DNA from: Haliotis rufescens
Lineage: Eukaryota
Assembly: GCF_023055435.1 (NCBI RefSeq)
Contig: NW_025963835.1
Location: forward strand, 32,302,001 to 32,366,000
DNA length: 64,000 nucleotides
Reading direction: 5' to 3'
How positions within the stretch are numbered: position 1 is the first letter of the stretch; each line of letters begins with the position of its first letter. Position numbers and translations under genes: made by a program. A model generated the notes under the pieces. It had not been told where the DNA came from. It worked only from the letters and a program-made list of their open reading frames with translations, and ran no database searches. Below are positions 1 to 12,025 of this stretch, one piece after another.

Positions 1-1266
1 TGTGGGGCACGTGTTTCATGAATGTGTGTGATTGTGAGATCCACGTGTTTCATAATTGTGCGTGATTGTGAGATCCACGTGTTTCATGAATGTGTGTGAT
101 TGTGAGATCCATGTGTTTCATGGATGTTTCTGATTGCGAGAGCTACGTGATTCATGAATGTATGTCATTGTGAGAGTTACGTGTTTCATGGATGTAGGTG
201 ATTGTGAGATCCACGTGTTTCATGGATGTATATGATTGTGGGGCACGTGTTTCATGAATGTGTGTGATTGTGAGATCCACGTGTTTCATGGATGTGTGTG
301 ATTGTGGGGCACGTGTTTCATGGATGTTTCTGATTGCGAGAGCTACGTGATTCATGAATGTATGTCATTGTGAGAGTTACGTGTTTTCATGGATGTGTGT
401 GATTGTGAGATCCACGTGTTTCATGGATAGATGTGATTGTGAGAGCCATATGTTTTATGGCTGTGTGTGATTGTGAGAGCCACGTGTTTCATGGATGTGT
501 GTGATTGTGAGAGCCACGTGTTTCATGGATGTGTGTGATTGTGAGAGCCACGTGTTTCATGGATGTGTGTGATTGTGAGATCCACGGGTTTCATGGATGT
601 GTGATTGTGGGGCACGTGTTTCATGAATGTGTGTCATTGTGAGAGTTACGTGTTTTCATGGATGTGTGTGATTGTGAGAGCCATGTGTTTCATGGATGTG
701 TGTGATTGTGAGATCCACGTGTTTCATGGATGTTTGTGATTGTGAGAGCCACGTGTTTCATGGATGTGTGTGATTGTGAGAGCCACGTGTTTCATGGATG
801 TGTGTGATTGTGAGAGCCACGTGTTTCATGGATGTGTGTGATTGTGAGAGCCACGTGTTTCATGGATGTGTGTGATTGTGAGAGCCACGTGTTTCATGGA
901 TGTGTGTGATTGTGGGGCACGTGTTTCATGGATGTATGTGATTGTGAGAGCCACGTGTTTCATGGATGTGTTTGATACTGAGATCCACGTGTTTCATGGA
1001 TGTGAGTGATTGTGAGAGCCACGTGTTTCATGGATGTGTGTGATTGTGAGAGCCACGTGTTTCATGGATGTGTGTGATTGTGGGGCACGTGTTTCATGGA
1101 TGTATGTGATTGTGAGATCCACGTGTTTCATGGATGTGTGTGATTGTGAGAGCCACGTGTTTCATGGATGTGTGTGATACTCAGATCCACGTGTTTCATG
1201 GATGTGTTTGATTGTGAGAGCCACGTGTTTCCTGAATGTGTGTGATTGTGAGCCACGTGTTTCATG
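1..1266. repeat. 34-bp minisatellite (CACGTGTTTCATGGATGTGTGTGATTGTGAGAGC)n, about 37 copies, runs off the window start
   Basis: Direct periodicity, e.g. CACGTG at 481 and 515. Confidence 0.97.
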
Positions 1267-2134
1267 ATGACGTTGTGACTAGCTTCATCTTGCCTTGTCC
1301 ACTTTACTCCAGCGGCAGGTGTTTCATTCACACATCGCTTGTTATAGATTGACTCTTTATATACGTATGCAGGAATCCATAACGCTGGTGTAAATCTACA
1401 GATGGAATGTACCGACCATACACTGGTACCACTGTATATGCACTCACGCTATCATTGTCCAATGTGACATGACAGATCGCACCTGTTACACACTAGGTAA
1501 TTATCTACTTCTTCTTGCATGCATATATAGTGGCATGCGCGCTTTGATCTTGTCACAATGCATTAATGTGCAAATCGTTTCATAGACACCAAACTTCTGA
1601 TTCGAAACGTTGCGATATAAACGCGCAATCACATAATCTACAAATTTCAAGTCACAGGTAGTTTTTCAAAATCTATTTTCTGTCGCGTTCCTTTTGCATA
1701 TATTGACCTTTTTCAATATATAATTGTATTACATGATCTCATCAACATGCAAACGTAATTATAACTGAAAGCGATTCCATCTAATCGCTGACATTGGAAT
1801 TAAACCGAAACCTGTTCCATTGTCATTTACAGTCGTATCAATTTACTGTTCTGATATTGGCAAGATAATCTCAACAACTGAAGTGGAAATTATGTCAGTG
1901 CGTAAGCATCACCCAATGAGGACAAATGAAACGCTCGTCCATAACGTGTTCTCCAGCACGTGTACTGGTGTTATGGTTCCCTGGTAAGTGGCAAGCCATT
2001 TCACGAAAGGTGTCAGCAAAACTACAGTTACCGTAACGATTTGTTCAACTGTGTTGATAAACTTGTAAACAAACCACACGGAAGACATCCTCTAGTTCTG
2101 TACATAGATACTTGAAATGTAAATTGAAACTGAC

Positions 2135-2372
2135 GAAAGACAAACTGTTGTTGTTTTAAACGGTCCTCGCACAAACGTAAGGCTTTCCAAATGGGCCAGT
2201 GTTTGGTTGGCCCCCGGTGCCACCTCTGGCGATCCTCACTTGTCTGCTAGCCTCACCATTGTAAATCAACATTGGTGTGATTTTTCGCAATGTGTAAATC
2301 TCCCTGCAGGTTTGGATGTAATAAATTTGTTTCCAGCAATTCTTGTATACAATAAGCGGCACCAGAAGGCAT
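2135..2372 (-). pseudogene. Decayed THAP-domain coding relic (probably DNA-transposon derived)
   Basis: Minus strand across frameshifts and stops: MPSGAAYC...QW..RQVRIAR...P...YVC/RLCEDRLKQQQF, resembling THAP MPxCxAxxC...W..R...P...LCxxHFxxxxF. Confidence 0.4.
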
Positions 2373-2802
2373 CTGGTTTCTTGTAGGAGTCGCTGACATT
2401 CCCCAGCGCTGTCGAGAGTTCACGTAAGATCATAATGGACTGTGCGATACTGGTGTAAAACTTACATCATGGTGATTTATGCTGCTTCTGATTAAATGCC
2501 GCCAAAACGTTTCCGAAGATATGCATTTCAGGGTAATCTACTTATGGCAATAGAAGAAACTGCAAGATCTGTCATTATTAATTGTGGATGAATGTGAATT
2601 TCAATGTATTTCAATAAAATAAATTCCATATTAATGAAAACTACATGTAATGAAACTACGACCTAAGTTGATGTTTTCCATGGTAAGTATTTTAGCAACA
2701 TCAATTTTGGCATCGAATCAGAGACCAAGGGCGTCTCTTTCATAAAATAATTTTGGTTTATTATTGTGTGCACTTGAAGTAATTTGTTCCATTAAGCCAC
2801 AG

Positions 2803-2868
2803 AGGTGGTAAGGCATCCTTGTGGTTAAAGTGTTCGCTCGTCAGACCGGGCTCGATACCCCATGTGGA
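2803..2868 (+). mobile_element. Degenerate head of tRNA-derived SINE family A
   Basis: GTGGTTAAAGTGTTCGCTCGTCA...GGGCTCGATACCCC matches the intact copy at 60754-60915. Confidence 0.7.
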
Positions 2869-3055
2869 CAAAAAGCTAGATGTAGAGTTACTTGTTGATC
2901 ATCCTCTAGTATCCAGTGTATTATATGCTAAATACCCTGGGTCCATTCGCCATCATAGCCTCGTTTTGACTCTATTCAGGGATTCAGGGAGTTTCAGGGA
3001 ATTTCAGGGAGCATCCCTTGGCTCCATCAGAAAATATGTATCACAAAGAATCTCT

Positions 3056-3625
3056 CATGGCTCCATCAGAGTATGTATTAGGTATGTGGGCTAGTCGCGT
3101 GGCTCCTACTCAAAACAGGTATGAGGTATCGTACTGCAGCTCCATCAGAGAGCATGTATATGGGCTAGTCGCGTGGCTCCTACTCAAAACAGGTATGAGG
3201 TATCGTACTGCGGCTCCATCAGAGAGCATGTATATGGGCTAGTCGCGTGGCTCCTACTCAAAACAGGTATGAGGTATCGTACTGCAGCTCCATCAGAGAG
3301 CATGTATATGGGCTAGTCGCGTGGCTCCTACTCAAAACAGGTATGAGGTATCGTACTGCGGCTCCATCAGAGAGCATGTATATGGGCTAGTCGCGTGGCT
3401 CCTTCTCAAAACAGGTATGAGGTATCGTATTGCGGCTCCATCAGAGAGCATGTATATGGGCTAGTCGCGTGGCTCCTACTCAAAACAGGTATGAGGTATC
3501 GTACTGCGGCTCCATCAGAGAGCATGTATATGGGCTAGTCGCGTGGCTCCTACTCAAAACAGGTATGAGGTATCGTACTGCGGCTCCATCAGAGAGCATG
3601 TATATGGGCTAGTCGCGTGGCTCCT
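3056..3625. repeat. 74-bp minisatellite, about 7.5 near-identical copies
   Basis: GGGCTAGTCGCGTGGCTCC recurs at 3088, 3162, 3236 ... 3606. Confidence 0.97.
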
Positions 3626-3755
3626 TCGTGACTCGAGTACGAGGTACACGTCGCGTTGCCCAGCCAGACATACATTAGCAGAAAACATTGCATTCCGCTT
3701 GTTTTGTTTAAGGAAGAGAATTGGTGTATCACTTCTAAATGCCTTTCAAAGACTT

Positions 3756-3816
3756 GGTTTGTTTGTTTGTTGTTTAACGCCGCTCTCGGCAATATTCCAG
3801 GTATATAATGGCGGTT
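3756..3816 (-). mobile_element. 3' tail fragment of SINE family B
   Basis: (TTTG)n-TTTAACGCCGCTCTCGGCAATATTCCAGGTATATAATGGCGG matches 53285-53340. Confidence 0.75.
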
Positions 3817-4543
3817 CGCCTTACGTAATTAGTCGTCGTGTATTAAATAGTGTATCATCATCTGAAATTAAAGTTTTAGATTCATGCGTATGAAAACCAA
3901 AAGATACTACAAAAATAGTTAGTGTTTTCCTACAAATGATTTATGAAGAGCCAAGGGGACCTCTACAAGACGAGAGTAGGGCATCTGTTCAAGACTGGTT
4001 ACGACAGTTGTTTGCGCGAACACAGTGACACAACAACTTGGGACTAGACCACAGCGCTGTCAGGAGCTTATCTTGGGCGGCGATAAGAAGGGGGACTTGC
4101 ACTTATCACAAAGACTTATTGTTGATGTACAATAAGCAAAGCTATGTCCATCACCAGGCTTATCTCCGGTCCGCTCTGGGTGAATAGACTGTAGTCTATC
4201 GCCGTCGCCGATTGGAGAGATTAGTATGACACCGGCGCATCATTGGGTCAAAACGGTGTTTAACTGAACGGTGAGGTTGTCTTGCATAAGCAATACAGTG
4301 TCTTTGAGTTTGGACCATTTCCGAGGGGTACGTTCAAGCGGTGTGTAAATATAGTCTCTTCATACGTTAATGTGGTTCTATTTATTTTCAGCATGCGACC
4401 AATGCATCGACGTGAAGATATGTCGTTTGTTTGTTTGTTCTTTGTATTTAACTGTACACTCAGCATTATTCCAGATATATAGCCAGCGATAATCAGACCG
4501 ACATTATGCTCCAAGCAACTGCTCTTCTATATTTACACATTTC

Positions 4544-4648
4544 GGGGCGGTGGGGTAGCCTAGGGGTTAAAGCGTTCACTCGTCACACTGAAGGCCCGGG
4601 TTCGATTCCCCACATGGATATTTCCATTTCTGCTGCCCCAGCGCTGTA
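4544..4648 (+). mobile_element. tRNA-derived SINE family A, 5' part
   Basis: A-box-like GTAGCCTAGGGGTTAA, B-box GGTTCGATTCC. Confidence 0.85.
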
Positions 4649-4843
4649 ACAGTAAATTAGGACAAATAAGAGAACACGATGGCGCGACTTGCCTTGCCTT
4701 GTTTGGGTTACTTCCCCTAGCTGCCTGGATTCGCTGATGGTGGCTTTGAATCCCAAATGACTTTCATCGAAGTGCAAAAGACGACCTGCGTCACTTCCGG
4801 TTTCCAACATCAACACGCTGTGACATGACTGAAATGTTCCAAG

Positions 4844-5090
4844 NNNNNNNNNNNNNNNNNNNNNNNNNNNNNNNNNNNNNNNNNNNNNNNNNNNNNNNNN
4901 NNNNNNNNNNNNNNNNNNNNNNNNNNNNNNNNNNNNNNNNNNNNNNNNNNNNNNNNNNNNNNNNNNNNNNNNNNNNNNNNNNNNNNNNNNNNNNNNNNNN
5001 NNNNNNNNNNNNNNNNNNNNNNNNNNNNNNNNNNNNNNNNNNNNNNNNNNNNNNNNNNNNNNNNNNNNNNNNNNNNNNNNNNNNNNNNNN
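4844..5090. other. Assembly gap (N run)
   Basis: N characters. Confidence 1.
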
Positions 5091-5184
5091 ACTACCTGGC
5101 CCATGTATGTCCGTATGTAGCAACTACGGGATCTTTTATGCTTGTCATAGAAAACAGTACAACATGTATATTACTTCGGAAAAC

Positions 5185-5313
5185 AGCCTAGTGGTTAAAG
5201 CGTTCGCTCGTCAAGCCGAAGACCTGGGCTCGATTCCACAGATGAGACAATCCGAAGCCCATATCACCACCGGCGTGATGTTGCTAAAAGCTGTCTTAAA
5301 TCATACCCACTCA
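5185..5313 (+). mobile_element. SINE family A, degenerate copy
   Basis: AGCCTAGTGGTTAAAGCGTTCGCTCGTCA...GGCTCGATTCC...CGTGATGTTGCTAAAAGC. Confidence 0.8.
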
Positions 5314-5487
5314 TGTACCAAATGTTATGTTTGGGAGAACACTTTCTCAGTAAAGTACAAATTCTATAGCTTTTTTATGTAAAGTCCCACAAAAATGAAA
5401 GTCAGAACACTGATATTCATATCACGTACTTTGTGTACCCCTCTGACAAGTGTAAATTGGCACGGCACTTGTCCGACTTTCAATTTT

Positions 5488-5660
5488 GTGGAAGCCTCGG
5501 TGGTTGAGTGGGTTAGATGGCTGATTTTGTGTCCTGGCGATTAGTGCCTCAGTCTGGCAGTTTTTTAACCCCCAAAAGTACTTAAATATGTACTTTACTT
5601 AGAGAGTGTTACATTGGACCTCTTTCTAAATGGCATTGTGTGTTCATACTCGCTCACACC
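5488..5660 (+). mobile_element. Dispersed repeat, probable SINE (family E); second fragment at about 8555-8638
   Basis: tRNA-A-box-like GGTGGTTGAGTGGGTTA; TGTTACATT(G/T)GACC(T/A)CTTTCTAAATGGCATTGTGTGTTCA shared with 8598-8638. Confidence 0.6.
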
Positions 5661-5942
5661 TTCGGAAAAGTTTAAGTTTATTATTAAATTATCAGAGGAG
5701 CAGGTTTCCGTCGATCCCATCCCAGCATATGTCTCAACGGATCAGAAATCGTGTAGAGAGAATGTTAACCAAACCATCTGCTTTTCATGATTATGCAGTC
5801 ATGCATATCGTTTTTTTCTGAACCAGGTTATTAAAGAAACATAAAGAATGAATTTATGAAACGATATAGTTCCCTTAAAATTTCCACCTGTGCTGTCAGT
5901 GTTATGATCCCATTCTGTTAGAACCCAGGTGCAAACGGGCTT

Positions 5943-6430
5943 ATGTTTCACTATACCGACCCATGTTTCACTATACCGACCCATGTTTCACTATACCGAG
6001 GTCTGTTTCACTATACCGACCCATGTTTCACTATACCGACGCATGTTTCACTATACCGACGTATTTTTCACTATACCGACCCATGTTTCACTATACCGAC
6101 CAATGTTTCACTATACCGAGGCATGTTTCACTATACCGACGCATGTTTCACTATATCGAAGCATGTTTCACTTTACCGAAGCATGTTTCACTATACCGAC
6201 CCATGTTTCACTATACCGACGCATGTTTCACTATACCGACCCATGTTTCACTATACCGAAGCATGTTTCACTATACCGACCCATGTTTCACTATACCGAC
6301 CCATGTTTCACTATACCGACGCATGTTTCACTATACCGAAGCATGTTTCACTATACCGACCCATGTTTCACTATACCGACGCATGTTTCACTATACCGAG
6401 ATCTGTTTCACTATACCGAGGTCTGTTTCA
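5943..6430. repeat. 20-bp minisatellite (ATGTTTCACTATACCGACCC)n, about 24 copies
   Basis: Exact 20-bp phase. Confidence 0.98.
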
Positions 6431-9290
6431 TAAATAACCTGTGAACGCATGAAATACATTTGCAGTGGCGAGAAATCTCTTTAATCTTTAAATGTGGCAT
6501 ATGCTTTGTGCTTAATACGTCTTGATGTCGAGCAGCTGGACGTCAGCAGACGTTATATCATAAAATAAAGTTTATAGTATCTTTTGTTATTGTTACGGAG
6601 AATGTTCTGACAGTTATAACATAACCATGACCTAATATACCGCCATCGTATGTTTCCAAGTTTGTTTATCAACTATCGTGTATGCGATTCTACGAGATTA
6701 CAGTGCAGTGGCTGGTCGTGCCGATATACCGTTGACTGGGCTCCTGTCTAGCTAAAAGAGTAAAAGCGATAGGTTTGCTGCGCGAACCAGCAGTCGAACC
6801 AGGTGCACCGTTGGTTGAAGATCACAAAAAGTGTCAGTTTTTACACGTCAGATATCCGCTGTCGACTGAGGGGACTATCAATCACTAGGAGGAGAACAAC
6901 CAGACCAGGAGAAGACTGGTTAATACGGGGAGCTGGCGGGGAAATACGATCTACCTGGTTTACACAGACCCTCGTTAAACCAGACATACAATTCCGGATA
7001 TCACACTCTGTTCCTGGCTATCTAAAACATGGAACTGCGTGAAATAGGAATGAAAAATAGTGTTAGATTGTAAATGGTAGCAATTGGTCTACCTTATGCC
7101 GGTTTAGATAATGTAGCGTGATAAGGAACTGAGAAAGCTTACAGAGAACATCGGTTTTGACGGCGTTCAGAGTAAGATGTTAAAATAATCCTGCTTTTCT
7201 GTGAGTTCAATTCCCCACATAGACACTATACGCGAAGACCAATCTTATGAGATCACATAATCGTGGTTCACTTGCTTGGTTTACGAGCTAGCCTAGTGTC
7301 AAAAATATCATAGGGAATATCAAAAAGAGGAATTCGCTGTATTTAGTAATCTTGGAATAAACTTCCTTCTCTGTAGCCACAAATGTTGTTTCGTTTCGGC
7401 GCGGGCGGGGATGCTGAACGGGTGTTTACACCATAACTCTTTGTTACTGCACGGGGGGTACGAAAACATGGCACGTGGCCGGTGGAACGCTCGGGGCCAT
7501 TGCAAGCGTTTACAGTTAGATGGGACACACTGAAAGACGAAATGCAGAAACTTCCGGAAAAACATCCAGACGTTTAGCTGAGATTTTGAGATATGCTGAC
7601 ACTCTTCTGACGTGGATGGAGGTGGGAATGTGAGGTCACGTGACTGCCAATGCAGTCGCAACTGTGTGAAAATGTATAAAAGAAAATATCTATTACACTC
7701 ACATTGATTTTGGGAACAGTTGTAACTTAATAATTATAATCAATCAAATAAAATTTGATTTAATGTAGAAATCCCATAAAACCTGTTTCCAAATGCCCTT
7801 GAATATTCTAAAACGTATTCAGAGATTCATTGAACATGGCGCTTATTCCTTTGCTATTCTAACTGACACACGCAACAACCCGAGCTACAGGTGTTCCGTG
7901 GCATTGTGTTATTATTGATGTTGACGTTCGGTATAGCATGTAAACTGTAAAACGGTTGAACAGACATTCAGCATAATTACACTCGCATAATAGTAGCATT
8001 AGTGATTGACCAAACTCGTCGAGCCATATGGTATATTGACGAGAGCCAGTTCTGTATATTGATCTACGACAGTACTGTATATTCCTGCAGAAACAGTAAC
8101 ATAATCAGACTTGGTTTTTTTTCATGTAGTTTTATTATACATAGTCTGATATATACACAAAAAAGTCAGTTTTAAACAATAGAAGCAGGTGTATGACTTC
8201 CAAAGTACCTCACTGGTTGTCTCACACGGGGGTCACGTGACATGGGAGCCATGTCTGTCAGTTCCTGTATATAAACACCCTAGAACACGGAACACGCTGC
8301 ACTCTCGAGTGCAACACGTCAGATATAGACACCCAGGTGAAGCACATGATACACTGATGGTAGAACTGTTCGTTTGAATGAACATTACTTGTGAAATAAC
8401 TTTAAAATGGATTTTAGGAAGCAAGATCTTACAATCTATACTTAAATGTATGTTCCTTTGTAAAATTGGTGTTAACGACCGGGCCCTGTGTCACAAGGCG
8501 ACCATAGCGCTACACCTAGCGTAGTTCCTATAGTTTGACTTGCACAAGTCTCTAAAGATGGGATTCAACCCAAACGAGAATCTGTCCTTGAACATTTGTT
8601 ACATTTGACCACTTTCTAAATGGCATTGTGTGTTCAATAAGTATTAGTTTATATCATAATTTCTAGATTATGTAAATAATAAAAAAAGATGAACCTGTAA
8701 GAGACAGAAGTCCTTATTGCACCGTCCACATATCTAGACTTGCCTATTAGGAGGATAGAACCAATACACATCCATGGACTTTTCTTTCAGTATAGCCTTT
8801 GAGCAAGGCTATGATGTGAACTTCTCAATAACGCTCGAATCAAAACGTGCTTTCCAACATGCATGTAGATAGTTTGTACCCTGCCCTATGAGGCTGTTCT
8901 GTGCAATAAAAAAAATCTTGATTCTTGATTCTTCATTCTTGCCCAAAGGTGTAGTGCTACGGTTAGCCTTCCGGACCCTAGAGAATACATTGAACATGAA
9001 TTCAACTCAAGTCTAGAATGATCAGTCTAGATTGCCTTAAGCAATGTTCTGAGCTCCATTTGGATTTCATTTTGTATTTTGTAGATATATATTTTTTTAA
9101 AAGAGAGCGATGTTTTGGGGACTAAATGTTAGTTTAAGCTACGATTAATGGAACATCTTATAGCGACTCTATAGAAACTGTGGAGTCAATGAAGACAGAG
9201 TTGAATCGTGGATGTCAGGTTGTGTGTTATTTAATGTCTTGGTACAGTTGTTGGTTCTTTACCAAGCAGTGTATAACTGGGTTACGCATG

Positions 9291-9453
9291 GGTGAGTGAG
9301 TGAGGTTTTACGCCGCTTTTAGCAATATTCCAGCAGTATCACGGCGGGGGACACCAGAAATGGGCTTTACGCATTGTACCCATGTGGGGAATCGAAACCA
9401 GGCCTTCGGCAGGACGAGCGAGCGCTTTAACCACAAGGCTACCGCAACACCCC
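9291..9453 (-). mobile_element. SINE family A, near full length with (TCAC)n tail
   Basis: Colinear with 60754-60915; tRNA A/B boxes on minus strand. Confidence 0.92.
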
Positions 9454-11011
9454 TTATGGAAGTTGAGATAATCATAGCGCCACATACGTTTTGTGCAAGA
9501 CCAGACCAGTATGTTTAAACACAATTGCATAAGATGAATTCATATGATTTCCTTTTGAATTTGTAACAAAGACAACAAACTACCACCAAATACCATCATG
9601 TATAATTAAATACGGATCCTTGCAATGACCATTGTCTCCAAGAAATGGCGAAACGACTTAGGTCCTTTTCAATTCTACTTTGCTTTCGTATCTGTGTTCC
9701 GGTTGGAAATGTGAACTTAAAACTAATATTTCTGCAGCAAATAAAGTAAAGAAACACTCTGTTTATCAAACATTGTAAGAGACTCCACATTCACTACGGG
9801 AACCCAAAGCCAACCGCGGACCTCAACGCACCACTTCGTCTTGGAAATTGAAGACCAATATCGCTAGGAGGCAATTACTGATAATGAAAAGCTAATTGGC
9901 ATTGATTGTAGTTTGATATTCTTGGTTATCGCAGTACCGCCGAATCAATCTGTTTATTGCCTTCCAAAGCGCCGGAACCCAAACATAGAAAACTGGTAAT
10001 GATATAAGAGAATGGCTAATTCTTTACATCTGCATTCAAACCAATGTCGGTGTCGGAGCAGAACCCCTGTGTTTGGGGAAACCTTGTTTCGGCTCGTGTT
10101 TATGCGATTGTTTACAAGAAGAAAGGGTTTAATTATGTGATGCACACCTGTTAAACTGTGTCCCCTCACCTAAATATTGTCAGAGAAAGTTCCCACTTTG
10201 TAAAGGGCCGTTCGAACGATTGAAGACGTCATGCGAGCCTGTGGAGATCCCTCATCGGGTTACACTGCCCCCTACCGGCCGTGACGAAACAGGATAACTC
10301 CCGACAAAGTTGCCGCAACTCAAAAGGCTGGGAATCTCGAAGCGGGACTCAAATTGCCAACATGTGTTGAAACCAAAAAGCTTTTGACGAATTCTAACGA
10401 TCTTGTTTCTTATTGTAACAAGAAAAATGACAACTCGGACCATCCGCTCAAACACAAGTAGAAATTTGTCGTCATTTTACAATAAGGTAAATTACCTCTC
10501 GTCTCCATTGTGATTGCTCAGAGCCCAGAACGTCAGTTTGATTGTTAAGGATCTTAGTTTATTCCAGGCTATTCTATAATGTAAACACTTGGTTTGACAG
10601 GTAAGCCGCTGTTTTTAAATACAGACACGTGAATAATGTTGAATTGATGAGTTGGATACATGATTTGAATGATGAAAATCCAGGAGGTAAAAATACAGTT
10701 TGAGGATAAAATAACAAATCCTCTCACAAGAGATGTTCGGAGCGATCCCATCTTTGGAGAGACTCATCCCTGTTCCTGAACATCATCTTCCTCGGTCTCA
10801 TTTCCCACACAAAGCCCAAGTACAGTCAACCTTATAATATCTTAAACATGGCTTTTTTTTCTCAAAATACATCTTTGTCTGTTGTAACCCAAGACTAAAT
10901 GTAAGCAAATTTTACGATGCGTGATGTAGGTTTTTTTGTAAGTTGTCTTTGGTGTCATTTATTTTTACTGCCTACTTTCATTTATTATTTTGAAGTTGTG
11001 TTCTACAAAGA

Positions 11012-11102
11012 AAGAAACCCCGTTAACCCGGTGCTAGTGAAACAGTCACGGGTATTACTAGTGTCCTCATTAACGGGGTCCAGATTAACAGATTCCCACT
11101 GC
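11012..11102. mobile_element. Degenerate MITE (Tc1/mariner/pogo-like)
   Basis: Inverted ACCCCGTTAA / TTAACGGGGT and end CCCACTG. Confidence 0.5.
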
Positions 11103-11936
11103 ACCATAAACAATAGTGACTGTTGTCGTAGTGTATCTGTATTGTTAGTTCAACTCGTCTTATTTTTCGACGTTAAAACGCCCGCAAAACAATTTTTCCA
11201 TAAGGTTTTACGTCTTTCTTTTCAGAGCAACATATTAAATAATGATATCTTTCTAAATTGTTTGTATAAATAGATGTGCCTACGCTATAAAACTATAAAA
11301 TAAAACTGCAGAATAAAATATTATTTACTTTCTGCATATGTGTTTTCCATTTTCAATTCCTATGATATATAGTTTTTACAACGTCTTCGAAACGCACAAA
11401 AACCTTGTCTATTCATATTGATGTCATAACGAATTGTGAAATCATTTCAACATAACTCTACGACTAAGTGCAAATACGTCTTAAATCATGTTGGACTACA
11501 ATGCATATTCGGGAGGGCTGGCGTATCGCGCTACATTTTGCCAGCGAGGAGGAGATAGCGGGGATTCCCCAAGGCGGATCAAGAAACAGTCAGGATGGGT
11601 GGCAAATTTAGATACTTCGTTTAATATCTTTAAGGTCTCTCACCGGGCACAGCTCTTATCATATTTTAACATTTTTTGAATCAAAGTAAATGTGCGAAAC
11701 TGTTCAACGGCAAGGCAACCCGCACCTTTCCCCTATAGAATAGTTCCTAGGAATCGTATTTATGCTTGAATATTCCCGAAGACCTTTTGAAGATTGTTTT
11801 GTCTGCGTATGGGATTTAGTTAGAAACCATGCGTCATGTTTGGTCCCGTGGAACCAGATTCCCGACCCCTTCACCAGGGGGTAGGGACATCTAAGTGTAA
11901 TTCACAAGACACACCGTGTTTGTTTGGTCTCGCCTC

Positions 11937-12025
11937 AGGGGTTTGGGGTGGAGGGGTTTGGGTGGGGTAGGGGGGGTGTGATGGGGGGGGGGGGGGGGGG
12001 GGGGGCGCTTTGGGGTGGGAGGGGT
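11937..12025 (+). repeat. G-rich tract / poly-G (G-quadruplex-capable)
   Basis: Many G3+ runs and a G run over 20 nt. Confidence 0.85.

Noticed and set aside
3056-3625. CRISPR-like appearance of the tandem arrays
   Set aside because: No unique spacers, no cas genes, eukaryotic context
3937-4380. Semi-open frames suggesting a coding relic
   Set aside because: Stops in all frames and no motif I can name with confidence
4544-4617. tRNA gene
   Set aside because: A/B boxes continue into a repeated SINE body; no acceptor stem
4583-5382. ORFs spanning N runs (also 26973-28395)
   Set aside because: Open only because of assembly gaps
5929-6444. Three overlapping ORFs of about 165 aa
   Set aside because: 20-bp tandem repeat artefact
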